IMG/VR virus record: IMGVR_UViG_3300006030_000083
Span: 1-27,734 of that record
Length of the DNA stretch: 27,734 bases
Source of the DNA: a virus
Taxonomy: Duplodnaviria > Caudoviricetes
Direction: 5' to 3' (one strand)
The notes under the pieces are model-generated. The model was not told the DNA's origin. It worked only from the letters and a program-made list of their open reading frames with translations, and did no database searches. Shown one piece after another: positions 1 through 7,583 of this stretch (positions within the stretch are counted from its first letter, which is position 1; every line of letters starts with the position of its first letter). The translations under genes were made by a program, and so were the position numbers.

Positions 1-389
1 TTGGCGATCGCGGTTTGGAGAGAACCAATCTCAGCCAACTCAGCAGGGGTAGAGTAGACCCTCGCCCGCTTGGGGTAGGTCCAGTTCTGGAATAGGGGGA
101 CTCTAAGCCCCTCAGAAGCCAGGCTAGGCCACATCACGGCGGCTAGGAGGGCTGCTAACACCTCTGACTTCCCCCACCCATTCCCGGCACCAGAGATTGA
201 CAGGAGGGTGTCCTGGTCAATCGAGGAGATGAACTGTTCCTGCCCGCCATGCGGGACAAACCAGCGCAGCCCCTCATTTTCCCGGCTCCACTTGATCTGG
301 GCTAGGATTCTGGCTGCTTCCAAACGCTGAGTCTCCGATAGCTGCGGCCAATTGGCTTGCAAGCTCCTCAGGAGATGCGCCAGCTTCAT
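1..389 (-). CDS. terL: Terminase large subunit, N-terminal ATPase part (runs off the window edge; not in the ORF track)
   Basis: My translation from ATG 389 is MKLAHLL...WFVPHGGQEQFISSIDQDTLLSISGAGNGWGKSEV. It has a PHxxQ adenine-binding motif and a Walker A (GNGWGKS), is open to the edge, and lies directly downstream of terS. Confidence 0.85.
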   Translation of the reverse strand, partial: MKLAHLLRSLQANWPQLSETQRLEAARILAQIKWSRENEGLRWFVPHGGQEQFISSIDQDTLLSISGAGNGWGKSEVLAALLAAVMWPSLASEGLRVPLFQNWTYPKRARVYSTPAELAEIGSLQTAIA

Positions 390-615
390 CGTGGGTGGTA
401 ACTTCAAGGGACTGGGCGGGTTTAAGGAATCCATACTCAAGCATCCGATCTAGAGCCCATTGGGATTTCTTGGCGTCGTTGCTGTTGGCCCAATTTCTAA
501 TCTTGTCGAAGCCGAAAGTGTCCATGTACTCTCGGCACCGTCTCTCAAACTTGATTTGCTCGTCGGATTTCTTGCGTCTACCACCAGGATTTCCGCTCTG
601 CCCAGGTTTGAACAT
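274..615 (-). CDS. terS: Terminase small subunit (DUF5681-type N-terminus)
   Basis: The N-terminal FKPGQSGNPGGR motif is typical of terS/DUF5681, and the gene precedes terL. Confidence 0.8.
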   Translation of the reverse strand: MFKPGQSGNPGGRRKKSDEQIKFERRCREYMDTFGFDKIRNWANSNDAKKSQWALDRMLEYGFLKPAQSLEVTTHDEAGASPEELASQLAAAIGDSAFGSSQNPSPDQVEPGK

Positions 616-621
616 TTGCTC

Positions 622-783
622 TCAAGCCTTCCGATTCCTAATAGGCTCAAATGGTTTCATGTCTCTAACCGCCAGAATCTTCTGGGAGATATCCCGGATC
701 AACTCTTTGCGGTTCTTGCCTTGGGCGTTAATGTGGTGGGCGAAATGCTTCAGCCCTTCCATGTAGCCGCTCAGTCGAATCAA
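622..783 (-). CDS. Small basic hypothetical protein (start TTG 783 or ATG 762)
   Basis: Open frame ...MEGLKHFAHHINAQGKNRKELIRDISQKILAVRDMKPFEPIRNRKA* ends just upstream of terS. Confidence 0.45.
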   Translation of the reverse strand: MIRLSGYMEGLKHFAHHINAQGKNRKELIRDISQKILAVRDMKPFEPIRNRKA

Positions 784-832
784 AGGGCCACCGCTCCCAT
801 GCCGAATTCTTGGCTCAAAGGACCACGGTGGG

Positions 833-869
833 AAAAAGAAAACCCCGCCCAGGGCGAGCTGGACGGGGT
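833..869 (-). terminator. Intrinsic terminator in the late-operon leader
   Basis: Minus strand ACCCCGUCCAG-CUCGCC-CUGGGCGGGGU followed by UUUCUUUUU: an 11-bp stem with a G-U pair valid on this strand. Confidence 0.75.
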
Positions 870-968
870 GGGGCTCGTGGGGTGGGAGAGGGGCGAGTCC
901 CCGAAAATGAGAGAGAGAAGCGAACCCATAAAACAGTGGGTCCGCCCCTCTCTACCTTCCCCGCAGTT

Positions 969-1023
969 AGTTTAACAGGGTGACTTGTTTTCTAACAGGG
1001 ACAAAAACGGACAATAATGGACA
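969..1023 (-). promoter_or_regulatory. Putative activator-dependent late promoter
   Basis: Extended -10 TGnTAAACT (977-969) with a poor -35. Three helically phased GGACA repeats (999, 1009, 1019) and a TAACAGGG direct repeat (973, 993). Confidence 0.45.
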
Positions 1024-1024
1024 G

Positions 1025-1264
1025 CTACATTATCTCAATGCCGAATTGGGCGCAGTACCGACGGACGCTCTTTGAGCTGCACCCGTCGTATTCCGCGAAG
1101 ATGACGGCGTAGGCTTTCTTCTTGGTCATCTTGGGCCGATTTTTGAATAGCAAGTGCGCGAACCTCTCAGCGATTTCCTTGCGAAGTGCGTCAGTCAGAT
1201 TCCCCTCCTTTGCCTCTCTAGTTCGTACAGATGATGCAGGTTGCCTTCTTGCCGTAGTGCTCAT
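1025..1264 (-). CDS. Small basic protein with a probable C-terminal HTH; candidate late transcriptional regulator
   Basis: KKKAYAVIFAEYDGCSSKSVRRY resembles helix-turn-helix. It is the last early gene before the terS leader. Confidence 0.45.
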   Translation of the reverse strand: MSTTARRQPASSVRTREAKEGNLTDALRKEIAERFAHLLFKNRPKMTKKKAYAVIFAEYDGCSSKSVRRYCAQFGIEIM

Positions 1265-1270
1265 GCCCGG

Positions 1271-1420
1271 CTATTTCTCGGTCTTGAGATAGTCCAGCCA
1301 CGCTTGGCGGCGCTTTTATTTCTCGCGACTGTCTTGCCATTCGATTACAGCCTGGGCGGCCTTGAACCCCAGAACGGCCCCAATGAGATGACCTATGAGG
1401 ATGGCGATAGCGATAAGCAC
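1271..1420 (-). pseudogene. Small membrane peptide ORF with an in-frame TAA at 1316-1318
   Basis: VLIAIAILIGHLIGAVLGFKAAQAVIEWQDSREK*KRRQAWLDYLKTEK*. Confidence 0.35.
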
Positions 1421-1797
1421 TAGACCCTCCCGAAATCGTCTTGGAGCCGTATCACATCGTCAAGATGGTTCGTGCTGACCTCTACCAAGTCCACATCCCC
1501 ATGCTTCGCCTCAAATCGGTGTATCGTCCCAGGCGGGATGTCGTAAGAGTCCCCCTCTCTCAACGACTGCTTGTACCCCTTTAGCCATAGCGTCAATTTG
1601 CCCTGTAATACAAGGATTGTTTCCCACTTTTTCATGTGGTACTGGAGGGAGAGTTTGCGTCCTCTGGTAATGTGGAGGATCTTCCCGGCGTAGTGGGGAG
1701 TTTTGGCCCACAGGATTTGCCAGCCCCAGGGGGAATTGTGCTTCCCCAACTCCAGCCTGCGCTGCTGCCTGCGCTTGCGTAGGTCCTTCACGCGCAC
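1420..1797 (-). CDS. Cupin protein, mannose-6-phosphate isomerase (type II PMI C-terminal)-like
   Basis: PWGW...YAGKILHITRGRKLSLQYHMKKWET...IPPGTIHRF...EVST...DDVIRLQDDFGR matches the pattern of the PMI-type cupin. Confidence 0.8.
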   Translation of the reverse strand: MRVKDLRKRRQQRRLELGKHNSPWGWQILWAKTPHYAGKILHITRGRKLSLQYHMKKWETILVLQGKLTLWLKGYKQSLREGDSYDIPPGTIHRFEAKHGDVDLVEVSTNHLDDVIRLQDDFGRV

Positions 1798-2060
1798 TCC
1801 GATGGGAAAAACAGTTCGCGCTTGTCGTCGAATATTGGACTGTCAAAGAAGTGGCTCCAGAAGTGCGGGCATTCGTATGTAACCCAGATCAAGTCGGGCT
1901 TGCCGCTTTTTTTGTCGTATGTGATTCGCGGCTCTCCTGGCGTCATCTTAACTCCGTGCCTTGAACAGTAGCGGTCAGGGATATTCACTCCCCCACCCCC
2001 AACACCACGCGCTTGGGCTTCTTCATTTCTGGCTCCTGTACTGCGTATCCACTTCTTCAT
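1788..2060 (-). CDS. Hypothetical protein (CxxH ... CPH possible Zn site)
   Basis: ORF packed in the operon; YCSRHG and YECPH motifs. Confidence 0.55.
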   Translation of the reverse strand: MKKWIRSTGARNEEAQARGVGGGGVNIPDRYCSRHGVKMTPGEPRITYDKKSGKPDLIWVTYECPHFWSHFFDSPIFDDKRELFFPSECA

Positions 2061-2211
2061 GAGCTTTACGGTTCAGAATCCCGGTTAGCAGTCCAATCAC
2101 ATCGCCATCGTTTATGTAAGTGCCGTTACAGGCCCGACCTACCGCCAGTTCCCGGCACTCTCTAATCCATTGGCCCAGGATGATTCTAGACCCGATCTTA
2201 TCGTATTCCAT
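2023..2211 (-). CDS. Hypothetical protein
   Basis: Probable start MEYDKIG with an AGGAGG SD upstream. Confidence 0.5.
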   Translation of the reverse strand: MEYDKIGSRIILGQWIRECRELAVGRACNGTYINDGDVIGLLTGILNRKAHEEVDTQYRSQK

Positions 2212-2356
2212 TCTTCCTCCTGACCTCGTAGCCGGCCGCTTTGAGCGCGGCAAGCACTCTGCCCGCCATGAAATCTCCAAGAAGCCATGTCCTGTCCCAA
2301 GTGTCAGACTCGGTGGTATTCGCGATCACCTCCCGCGCAGTTCTGGGCGGGGTCAT
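2198..2356 (-). CDS. Hypothetical protein
   Basis: MTPPRTAREVIAN...VLAALKAAGYEVRR; ATGA-coupled to the upstream ORF. Confidence 0.5.
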   Translation of the reverse strand: MTPPRTAREVIANTTESDTWDRTWLLGDFMAGRVLAALKAAGYEVRRKNGIR

Positions 2357-2529
2357 CGGGAGTACCTTGAAGCGAACCAAGCGGCCACGCGCTTTTCATC
2401 GTCAGGGTGCATCGGCCTATCGTGCGAGAATCGCCGCATGACCTGACAAAGAAGGTCTAGCGTTTGAATCTCTATGTCCTTGGTGTTCGCCACATCAAAC
2501 TCAACCTTTAGAGGCATTCCGTAAGTCAT
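2353..2529 (-). CDS. Hypothetical 58-aa protein (not in the ORF track)
   Basis: MTYGMPLKVEFDVANTKDIEIQTLDLLCQVMRRFSHDRPMHPDDEKRVAAWFASRYSR*; fills the gap with tight coupling at both ends. Confidence 0.55.
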   Translation of the reverse strand: MTYGMPLKVEFDVANTKDIEIQTLDLLCQVMRRFSHDRPMHPDDEKRVAAWFASRYSR

Positions 2530-2787
2530 CTACTTCCCCTCCGTGATGGCGGCGGCTTTCAAAGTGAACAGGCGTCCGAGGTATCCGCCGTCCTTGTATC
2601 GTGTATTTGCCCGGACAGCAGAGGCGCACCATTCAAAAGTTTCTTTCTGTCCCCGCGCATGGGCTTGGCGCAGGGCGGCTTTAATCATGGCCACATCGGA
2701 AGTCATGGCGCGTTCTTCGTGGATGCGCTTCCAAATCTTTACGGCATCATCTTCAAACTCGTCTTTCTTTTCCATGTTCTCCTTCAC
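2530..2787 (-). CDS. Hypothetical protein
   Basis: Tightly packed ORF in the minus-strand operon. Confidence 0.55.
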   Translation of the reverse strand: MKENMEKKDEFEDDAVKIWKRIHEERAMTSDVAMIKAALRQAHARGQKETFEWCASAVRANTRYKDGGYLGRLFTLKAAAITEGK

Positions 2788-3038
2788 GGCTTGGCCTCAC
2801 GGTCTAGGGCGGCGAGGGCGGCTTTTGATGCTTCCCACGCACCGATTACCCGACGCATGAGCGCAGGAGGGTCAACCTCATCGGGACCGTGCATGGCGAT
2901 TTGCCACTGGCTGTCCTTTGTCGCCTCATGGAAAAGAGCATGAACTTCCCCGGCATGGCGCTTGCGTGTATCCCACTTATGCTGTAGCTGGGCCAGCCTC
3001 TCCCGCAGTTGCGCGTTCTCGGATTCTAGGTCGGTCAT
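2784..3038 (-). CDS. Hypothetical protein with N-terminal coiled coil
   Basis: LESENAQLRERLAQL heptads; GGAG SD. Confidence 0.6.
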   Translation of the reverse strand: MTDLESENAQLRERLAQLQHKWDTRKRHAGEVHALFHEATKDSQWQIAMHGPDEVDPPALMRRVIGAWEASKAALAALDREAKP

Positions 3039-3041
3039 GGC

Positions 3042-3134
3042 TTATCTCCAATCATAAATGCACATCCCCATGTACAGCGTTGACCCTGCCCAGATGACGA
3101 TTGAGAGCATGGCTTCTATCGTGGCTTCGCTCAT
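3042..3134 (-). CDS. 30-aa single-TM peptide
   Basis: MSEATIEAMLSIVIWAGSTLYMGMCIYDWR*; ATGA-coupled. Confidence 0.4.
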   Translation of the reverse strand: MSEATIEAMLSIVIWAGSTLYMGMCIYDWR

Positions 3135-3595
3135 TTCTTTTCCTCCGGGGTGGGCGGCTGGATGGGAGACAGGGCGGCTCTAACTTGGCCGTGAACATCG
3201 CTTATGTAGGCCAGTGTCCCGCCAGCGGCTTTGATTCTCGCGGCGTGTTCTTTGACTCGCTTCTCGTCGCAGAACTCTCCAGCGTACTGGTGAAGCCAGG
3301 CTCCAATAGCTTCGTCAGCCTTGACCAACGCCTCATTCGCCGCTTTCTCGCGGGAGAGGGCGGCGGATAGAGAGGCGCGGAGGTTCCACGCCGCCAACGC
3401 TATATCCAGCGTGTCTTTCGCCGGACCCATTGCCTCACATCCCCGGCACTCAATCCAGTGCATATCGTTCCCGTCGTCGTGGTGATCCGGGCAATCCATC
3501 CCACAAAAGGGGCAATCCTCGGCGTCGAAGTCGTCCGGCCCGTTGCCCGGAATGTCCGACACCGAACATCCAGGCGGCAAGTCACTCTCTCTCAT
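3131..3595 (-). CDS. Lar-family restriction-alleviation zinc-ribbon protein with C-terminal extension
   Basis: CPFCG...WIECRGCEAMGP...ALAAWN is the Lar signature. Confidence 0.7.
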   Translation of the reverse strand: MRESDLPPGCSVSDIPGNGPDDFDAEDCPFCGMDCPDHHDDGNDMHWIECRGCEAMGPAKDTLDIALAAWNLRASLSAALSREKAANEALVKADEAIGAWLHQYAGEFCDEKRVKEHAARIKAAGGTLAYISDVHGQVRAALSPIQPPTPEEKK

Positions 3596-3599
3596 GGCG

Positions 3600-3950
3600 C
3601 TAGGCTCCCTGCGCCTTGGTTAGCGCCAGAACTTCCTGTGCGCGGTTGTATTCGTCCTGAATCGCCTGGATGATGTTGTCCCAGTCCGGGCCAGGAACGC
3701 GATCATTCAAAGCCTTCCTCACCACTCCGAAGGCGTAGAGATTAGCGGAGGCGCTTTCCAGGTTCTCGTTTAGCACATGGCGCAAATCGCTCACGGCCTG
3801 GATGGTTTCAGGAATCGCCGCGATTCTAACCGCCTCGGGCATGGAGTAGGTCTTGGCTACGAAATTTCCGTTGTGGTCAACGATGGAATAGAACTGCTCC
3901 CCGTTCTCGGAGAGCGTGTGGACCTTGCGATTCTCTTTCGTTTCGTTCAT
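3600..3950 (-). CDS. Hypothetical protein, probably leaderless mRNA
   Basis: ATG lies 6 nt downstream of a consensus TATAAT. Confidence 0.65.
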   Translation of the reverse strand: MNETKENRKVHTLSENGEQFYSIVDHNGNFVAKTYSMPEAVRIAAIPETIQAVSDLRHVLNENLESASANLYAFGVVRKALNDRVPGPDWDNIIQAIQDEYNRAQEVLALTKAQGA

Positions 3951-3956
3951 GGCCTA

Positions 3957-3985
3957 ATTATATCAGTATGCCATTCCAGCGTCAA
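3957..3985 (-). promoter_or_regulatory. Sigma70-type promoter (leftward)
   Basis: TTGACG (3985-3980) -17 bp- TATAAT (3962-3957). Confidence 0.8.
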
Positions 3986-4000
3986 GGCCTAATGACATCA

Positions 4001-4029
4001 TTGACGCAAGCGGATTCCTGGGTTATAGT
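4001..4029 (+). promoter_or_regulatory. Sigma70-type promoter (rightward)
   Basis: TTGACG (4001-4006) -17 bp- TATAGT (4024-4029). Confidence 0.8.
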
Positions 4030-4035
4030 ATCTAG

Positions 4036-4242
4036 GTGAAGCATTGCCTGACCTGCGGGAAGCCTTTCAATGAGAAGCGTTGGTATCAGCGTTTCTGCCC
4101 GCCCGTTGACGGCGTCCGGGTTTGCGCCAACCGCTACGGATCCCGCGAGTTCTACCGCAAGCACTACGCCAAAGACGCCATTGACCCACGGCAACGGCCT
4201 GCCCGTAAACGGAAATCCCCTCCCAAGTCCCGCAGGGGGTGA
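4036..4242 (+). CDS. Small basic zinc-finger protein, CGNR-like; putative regulator
   Basis: CLTCGKPF...QRFC...VCANR...FYRK with a basic tail; GTG 6 nt after its own -10 box. Confidence 0.65.
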   Translation: MKHCLTCGKPFNEKRWYQRFCPPVDGVRVCANRYGSREFYRKHYAKDAIDPRQRPARKRKSPPKSRRG

Positions 4243-4247
4243 GGGGG

Positions 4248-4436
4248 TCATCCCTGTAGGTCCTTCCTAGACGATCCCCAAGGGACAGCAGCTACCACTT
4301 TCTTATGGTCCTTCCACCCAGGACAAGGGCATGGCCCATTCGGGTGCCAGGCGTCACAAGGGACGCCGCGCTCACCATCATGGCGTGATGGGAAGTGGCC
4401 GCAGTTGGCGCACTCAGCGAATTTATCGGCGGTCAA
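4248..4436 (-). CDS. Small Cys/His-rich metal-binding hypothetical protein
   Basis: CANCGH..RH....PC......CPC. Confidence 0.6.
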   Translation of the reverse strand: MTADKFAECANCGHFPSRHDGERGVPCDAWHPNGPCPCPGWKDHKKVVAAVPWGSSRKDLQG

Positions 4437-5065
4437 AAAAGCTGCCCCTGCGCTCTATAGGCGTTGATTCGCCTGTTCGCAAGCTCAACATATTTCGGCT
4501 CAAGTTCGCACCCAAACCATCTGCGCTTATGCTCCTCGCTGGCTATAGCTGTCGTCCCAGACCCCCTGAACGGGTCAAAAATAATGTCAGGCTCCATGTT
4601 GCTGCCGCGAAGTAGAAACTTCTTCCAGATTTGGAGAGGCTTCGGGCACGGGTGATCGTTTTTCTCAGAACTCTCAGTATGGACGAAGGAGTCTGGACGC
4701 CGCCCCTCTCCATTGGACAGGTATGGGTCCTTCCCGTAAGCCAGGATTGGCTGCCAGCAGCAGAACCCCCACGGAGAGCATCCAGAGCCAGCGGGGGTCG
4801 TCCAATTCAGAACCCAGGTTGGTTCAGGGTATAACCACATATTCCCAACCCCACACGCCACAAGGGCCCGCTTTGAGATTCTCAGTATTTCCGGCATCGC
4901 CCGATCAATCAGAGCCTTTAGATTTGCCCTGGAGTCATCAAAGGAGGCGTATGACTCCCCGATCCCATACGGAAAATCTGTTAGCGTAAGGTCCACTGAT
5001 TTGTCAGGAAGCGATCTCATGAACTCAACACAATCTCCCTGGTAGATGCGGTTGAGTTCCATCAC
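4433..5065 (-). CDS. DNA N4-cytosine/N6-adenine methyltransferase (beta-class motif order)
   Basis: IYQGDC..DLTLTDFPY (DPPY variant), HPCPKP, DPFRGSGTT, GCEL. Confidence 0.9.
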   Translation of the reverse strand: MMELNRIYQGDCVEFMRSLPDKSVDLTLTDFPYGIGESYASFDDSRANLKALIDRAMPEILRISKRALVACGVGNMWLYPEPTWVLNWTTPAGSGCSPWGFCCWQPILAYGKDPYLSNGEGRRPDSFVHTESSEKNDHPCPKPLQIWKKFLLRGSNMEPDIIFDPFRGSGTTAIASEEHKRRWFGCELEPKYVELANRRINAYRAQGQLF

Positions 5066-5117
5066 ACTCCCCCCGCCGGCTTGGTGGGGGAGGGGTGAGA
5101 GTCAAGAAAGGATGTGT

Positions 5118-6161
5118 TCAAAATAGTTTCCCCTGCGCCAACTCGGGCGCTGTCTTTCGCTTTCCACTTCTGAAATCGGCCCACTCGACAAGAGGGCGTC
5201 CACCGCGCTTCTCGGAAGTTTCCGCTAGGCGTCCGATCACCCATCCTGCGAAGTTTCCTAGAGTCTTTGTCGGCGGCGTCGGATGGTTCCCGGTCGGGAT
5301 GGCTCGCGTTCTGTCACCAAATACCATCGGGTAAGGCTTCATTCCGACAGCCACCATGCGCTCGTAGCGGTAGAAGATTCTCTCCCATGTTTCGGACGGG
5401 TCCCAACCGATCAGCATATAGACCATCAAGTGACGGGACGGGATTCCGGCGCGGTTTAGCATTTCGACGCCACGGAAGAATATTCCCTCGTCCTTGAGAT
5501 TGTCCCATGCGGTATAGAGTCGGCGGCTGGCGAATTTATCATCGTAGTAGCGTACCGTCGCCAATGCCTCGCAGGCTTCTTCGTCCAGTAGCCGAACATT
5601 CAATCCCTGGTTGAAACAGACCTTGAACCCGCCGTCGTTTAGCTCCGCGATCCTAGCCCGCCACTGGTCTCTGGGCTGGCCGAAGAAGTCGTTGTCTAGC
5701 AGGCAGATGTTCTTTGGGTGGCCTTCCCCGCGCCAAATCTCGGCTATCGTGTTGACGGACTTAGGCGCTCCCTCTTTCTTCGGGACGACGCAGAACCCGC
5801 ATTTTAGGCGGCATCCCCGCTGAGTGAATCCAAGGCTGTGCGCGTAATCAGGCCGGATGGAGTAGTCGTAATGCTCGTACTCGCCTCCGATAATGTCCTC
5901 TACCGTCGTCTTGAAATCGAAGCCCGTCCCGCCTACAATCGCGCCGGGGAACTCCGCAAGGAAAGTCTTACGGATTGGCTCTGAGAATCCGAAGATGCTA
6001 GACCCGTAGACCCGATCATAAACCGGGGCTTCGTCGAATAGCTGTCGCGACGAATGGCGTGTAAAGAAAACCTCGTCACCCTGCGCTTTGTGCCAATGAG
6101 AGAGTTTCATAAGCGCAAGGTTCGGAAGCGCCCCGTCCAGTTGGGTAAGACGGACCTTCAT
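5118..6161 (-). CDS. Radical SAM protein with a degenerate cobalamin-binding-like N-terminus
   Basis: TQRGCRLKCGFCVVP (CxxxCxxC), LLDNDF, PNLALMKLS and GGTG in the N-terminal part. Confidence 0.85.
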   Translation of the reverse strand: MKVRLTQLDGALPNLALMKLSHWHKAQGDEVFFTRHSSRQLFDEAPVYDRVYGSSIFGFSEPIRKTFLAEFPGAIVGGTGFDFKTTVEDIIGGEYEHYDYSIRPDYAHSLGFTQRGCRLKCGFCVVPKKEGAPKSVNTIAEIWRGEGHPKNICLLDNDFFGQPRDQWRARIAELNDGGFKVCFNQGLNVRLLDEEACEALATVRYYDDKFASRRLYTAWDNLKDEGIFFRGVEMLNRAGIPSRHLMVYMLIGWDPSETWERIFYRYERMVAVGMKPYPMVFGDRTRAIPTGNHPTPPTKTLGNFAGWVIGRLAETSEKRGGRPLVEWADFRSGKRKTAPELAQGKLF

Positions 6162-6320
6162 TTATACCCTCCCCCGCGCCAGAACGGAGCCTTTAGCGGC
6201 GGCATCCAGCTTCGCAATGCGTTCCTTGCAATCCTTTAACTCGCTTTCTGGAATCGGACTCGGAGCGATGGGCCCGCAATGAGGACACTTGTATTCCCCC
6301 CTCTCCCCGCTGACGGTCAT
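6162..6320 (-). CDS. 52-aa hypothetical protein (CPHCG)
   Basis: MTVSGERGEYKCPHCGP...RGRV*; fills the gap, coupled at both ends. Confidence 0.45.
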   Translation of the reverse strand: MTVSGERGEYKCPHCGPIAPSPIPESELKDCKERIAKLDAAAKGSVLARGRV

Positions 6321-6706
6321 GGCCATTCAAACCTCACTGTGCAGTTCTTGAAGATTCCGCAACACACCGCGCCGGAAACGCGCTTCCCGTTGGAGTTGGT
6401 TGCGGTAAACTTCGTCTTGTAGCGGTCTTTCTCGTCGCACGAAAACATGGCGTACCCGCCCGTTTCGATTTGAGTAAAGCCCATGTTGTCCAATGCCCGC
6501 CGGCTGGCATCGTCATTTGTGCATCCAGCCAGTACAAAGCACCCCGCCAGAGCCAGGAGAAGGAGTGGTAATGTCCCGAATTTCGCCATGTAGTGCCGCA
6601 ATTCCCTCGCTAGTGACTTTGCGAAACTGCCCTCTGGTTCCCTGTCGGCAAAGGCAAACGCTTTTTCCAACTCTCTCCATCCCGGCCTATCCATGATGAC
6701 CTCCAA
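6317..6706 (-). CDS. Putative phage lipoprotein
   Basis: Hydrophobic stretch plus lipobox LAGC, then GY..FSC...FTAT...VSGAVCCG..K.CTVRF, a pattern I recognise from small phage lipoproteins. Confidence 0.6.
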   Translation of the reverse strand: MEVIMDRPGWRELEKAFAFADREPEGSFAKSLARELRHYMAKFGTLPLLLLALAGCFVLAGCTNDDASRRALDNMGFTQIETGGYAMFSCDEKDRYKTKFTATNSNGKRVSGAVCCGIFKNCTVRFEWP

Positions 6707-7334
6707 AGTTCAAAACAGGTTCCCGCTTTAGCGTTTCAAGCCAGCGCAACAACTTGGGGATATTCGTGTCGGGTCCAAAGCCCAGGTAGTTTCCGTCCAC
6801 CGAATCGCATCCAAACTGGGCCGCGATTTCGAGCCGCCGCAAGCTATTGACACGCCCCATATGGACCCACTTGCCGAGCTTCTTGGCTTCCCGGCAAACA
6901 TCGGCGGCATGGCCGGAAAGTTTCCAATCCGTATCCCCGCCAATAAAGACCGCATCGAAGCGGGGCCAGTCTATCTCCATGTCCTCTATCCCGTTCTGCG
7001 CCACCAAAGCCACCTTGTAGCCTGCGGCCCGGATGGCGTCAAAGGTCGGCTCTGACCGCGCCCAAGTTGCGGCGGCATCCCCCACAACATCGGGAGCCGT
7101 GGCGAACAGGCACCTCCCCGCGATCCCTGCCATGTGCGCCAGCCATGAGAGATACCAGGGCATGGAAAACCGTTCCGGCTTCGTAAAGCACCCGTTATCC
7201 GCTGCCCACGCTTGGAACTGCTCGACATATCCCAGGCGAAGGCTGACTGGCGTTGATAGGGCTCCAATCATCGGATGCCCCGTAAGCACAGGCAATGTCC
7301 CTGGATAGACGCCTGACCCCGTAAGATAGACCAC
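6687..7334 (-). CDS. tRNA-guanine transglycosylase (TGT)/DpdA-like TIM-barrel protein
   Basis: WAADNGCF, PDVVGD, VAQNG, VFIGG, VHMGRVN and DSVDG follow the order of TGT-fold motifs (DSGG, D, QG, GG, HxxG, DxxD). Confidence 0.6.
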   Translation of the reverse strand: MVYLTGSGVYPGTLPVLTGHPMIGALSTPVSLRLGYVEQFQAWAADNGCFTKPERFSMPWYLSWLAHMAGIAGRCLFATAPDVVGDAAATWARSEPTFDAIRAAGYKVALVAQNGIEDMEIDWPRFDAVFIGGDTDWKLSGHAADVCREAKKLGKWVHMGRVNSLRRLEIAAQFGCDSVDGNYLGFGPDTNIPKLLRWLETLKREPVLNFGGHHG

Positions 7335-7391
7335 ACTTACCCTACCCCACTCTCTTTCTTGCGGCGATCATGCAGCGGATTGTGAACTCCA

Positions 7392-7583
7392 TTAGGTCGC
7401 ATCCTCGCTAGGCAGGCTAGACAACTGCCCGCCGCACTTGATCTGCTCAATCTCAGACAGGGTGTGCTTGAGCCCCCGCAGGATCTCGCAGAACACATCC
7501 TGTCCGTATTTCTGCTGATTGACCTGCGCCCGTCTAAGGCTCATGACTTGGTCGTCTAGCTTCACGAAAAGAGCATCTATCAC
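7392..7583 (-). CDS. Hypothetical protein
   Basis: Probable start GTG 7583 (VIDALFVKLDD...) with GGAGG SD. Confidence 0.5.
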   Translation of the reverse strand: MIDALFVKLDDQVMSLRRAQVNQQKYGQDVFCEILRGLKHTLSEIEQIKCGGQLSSLPSEDAT

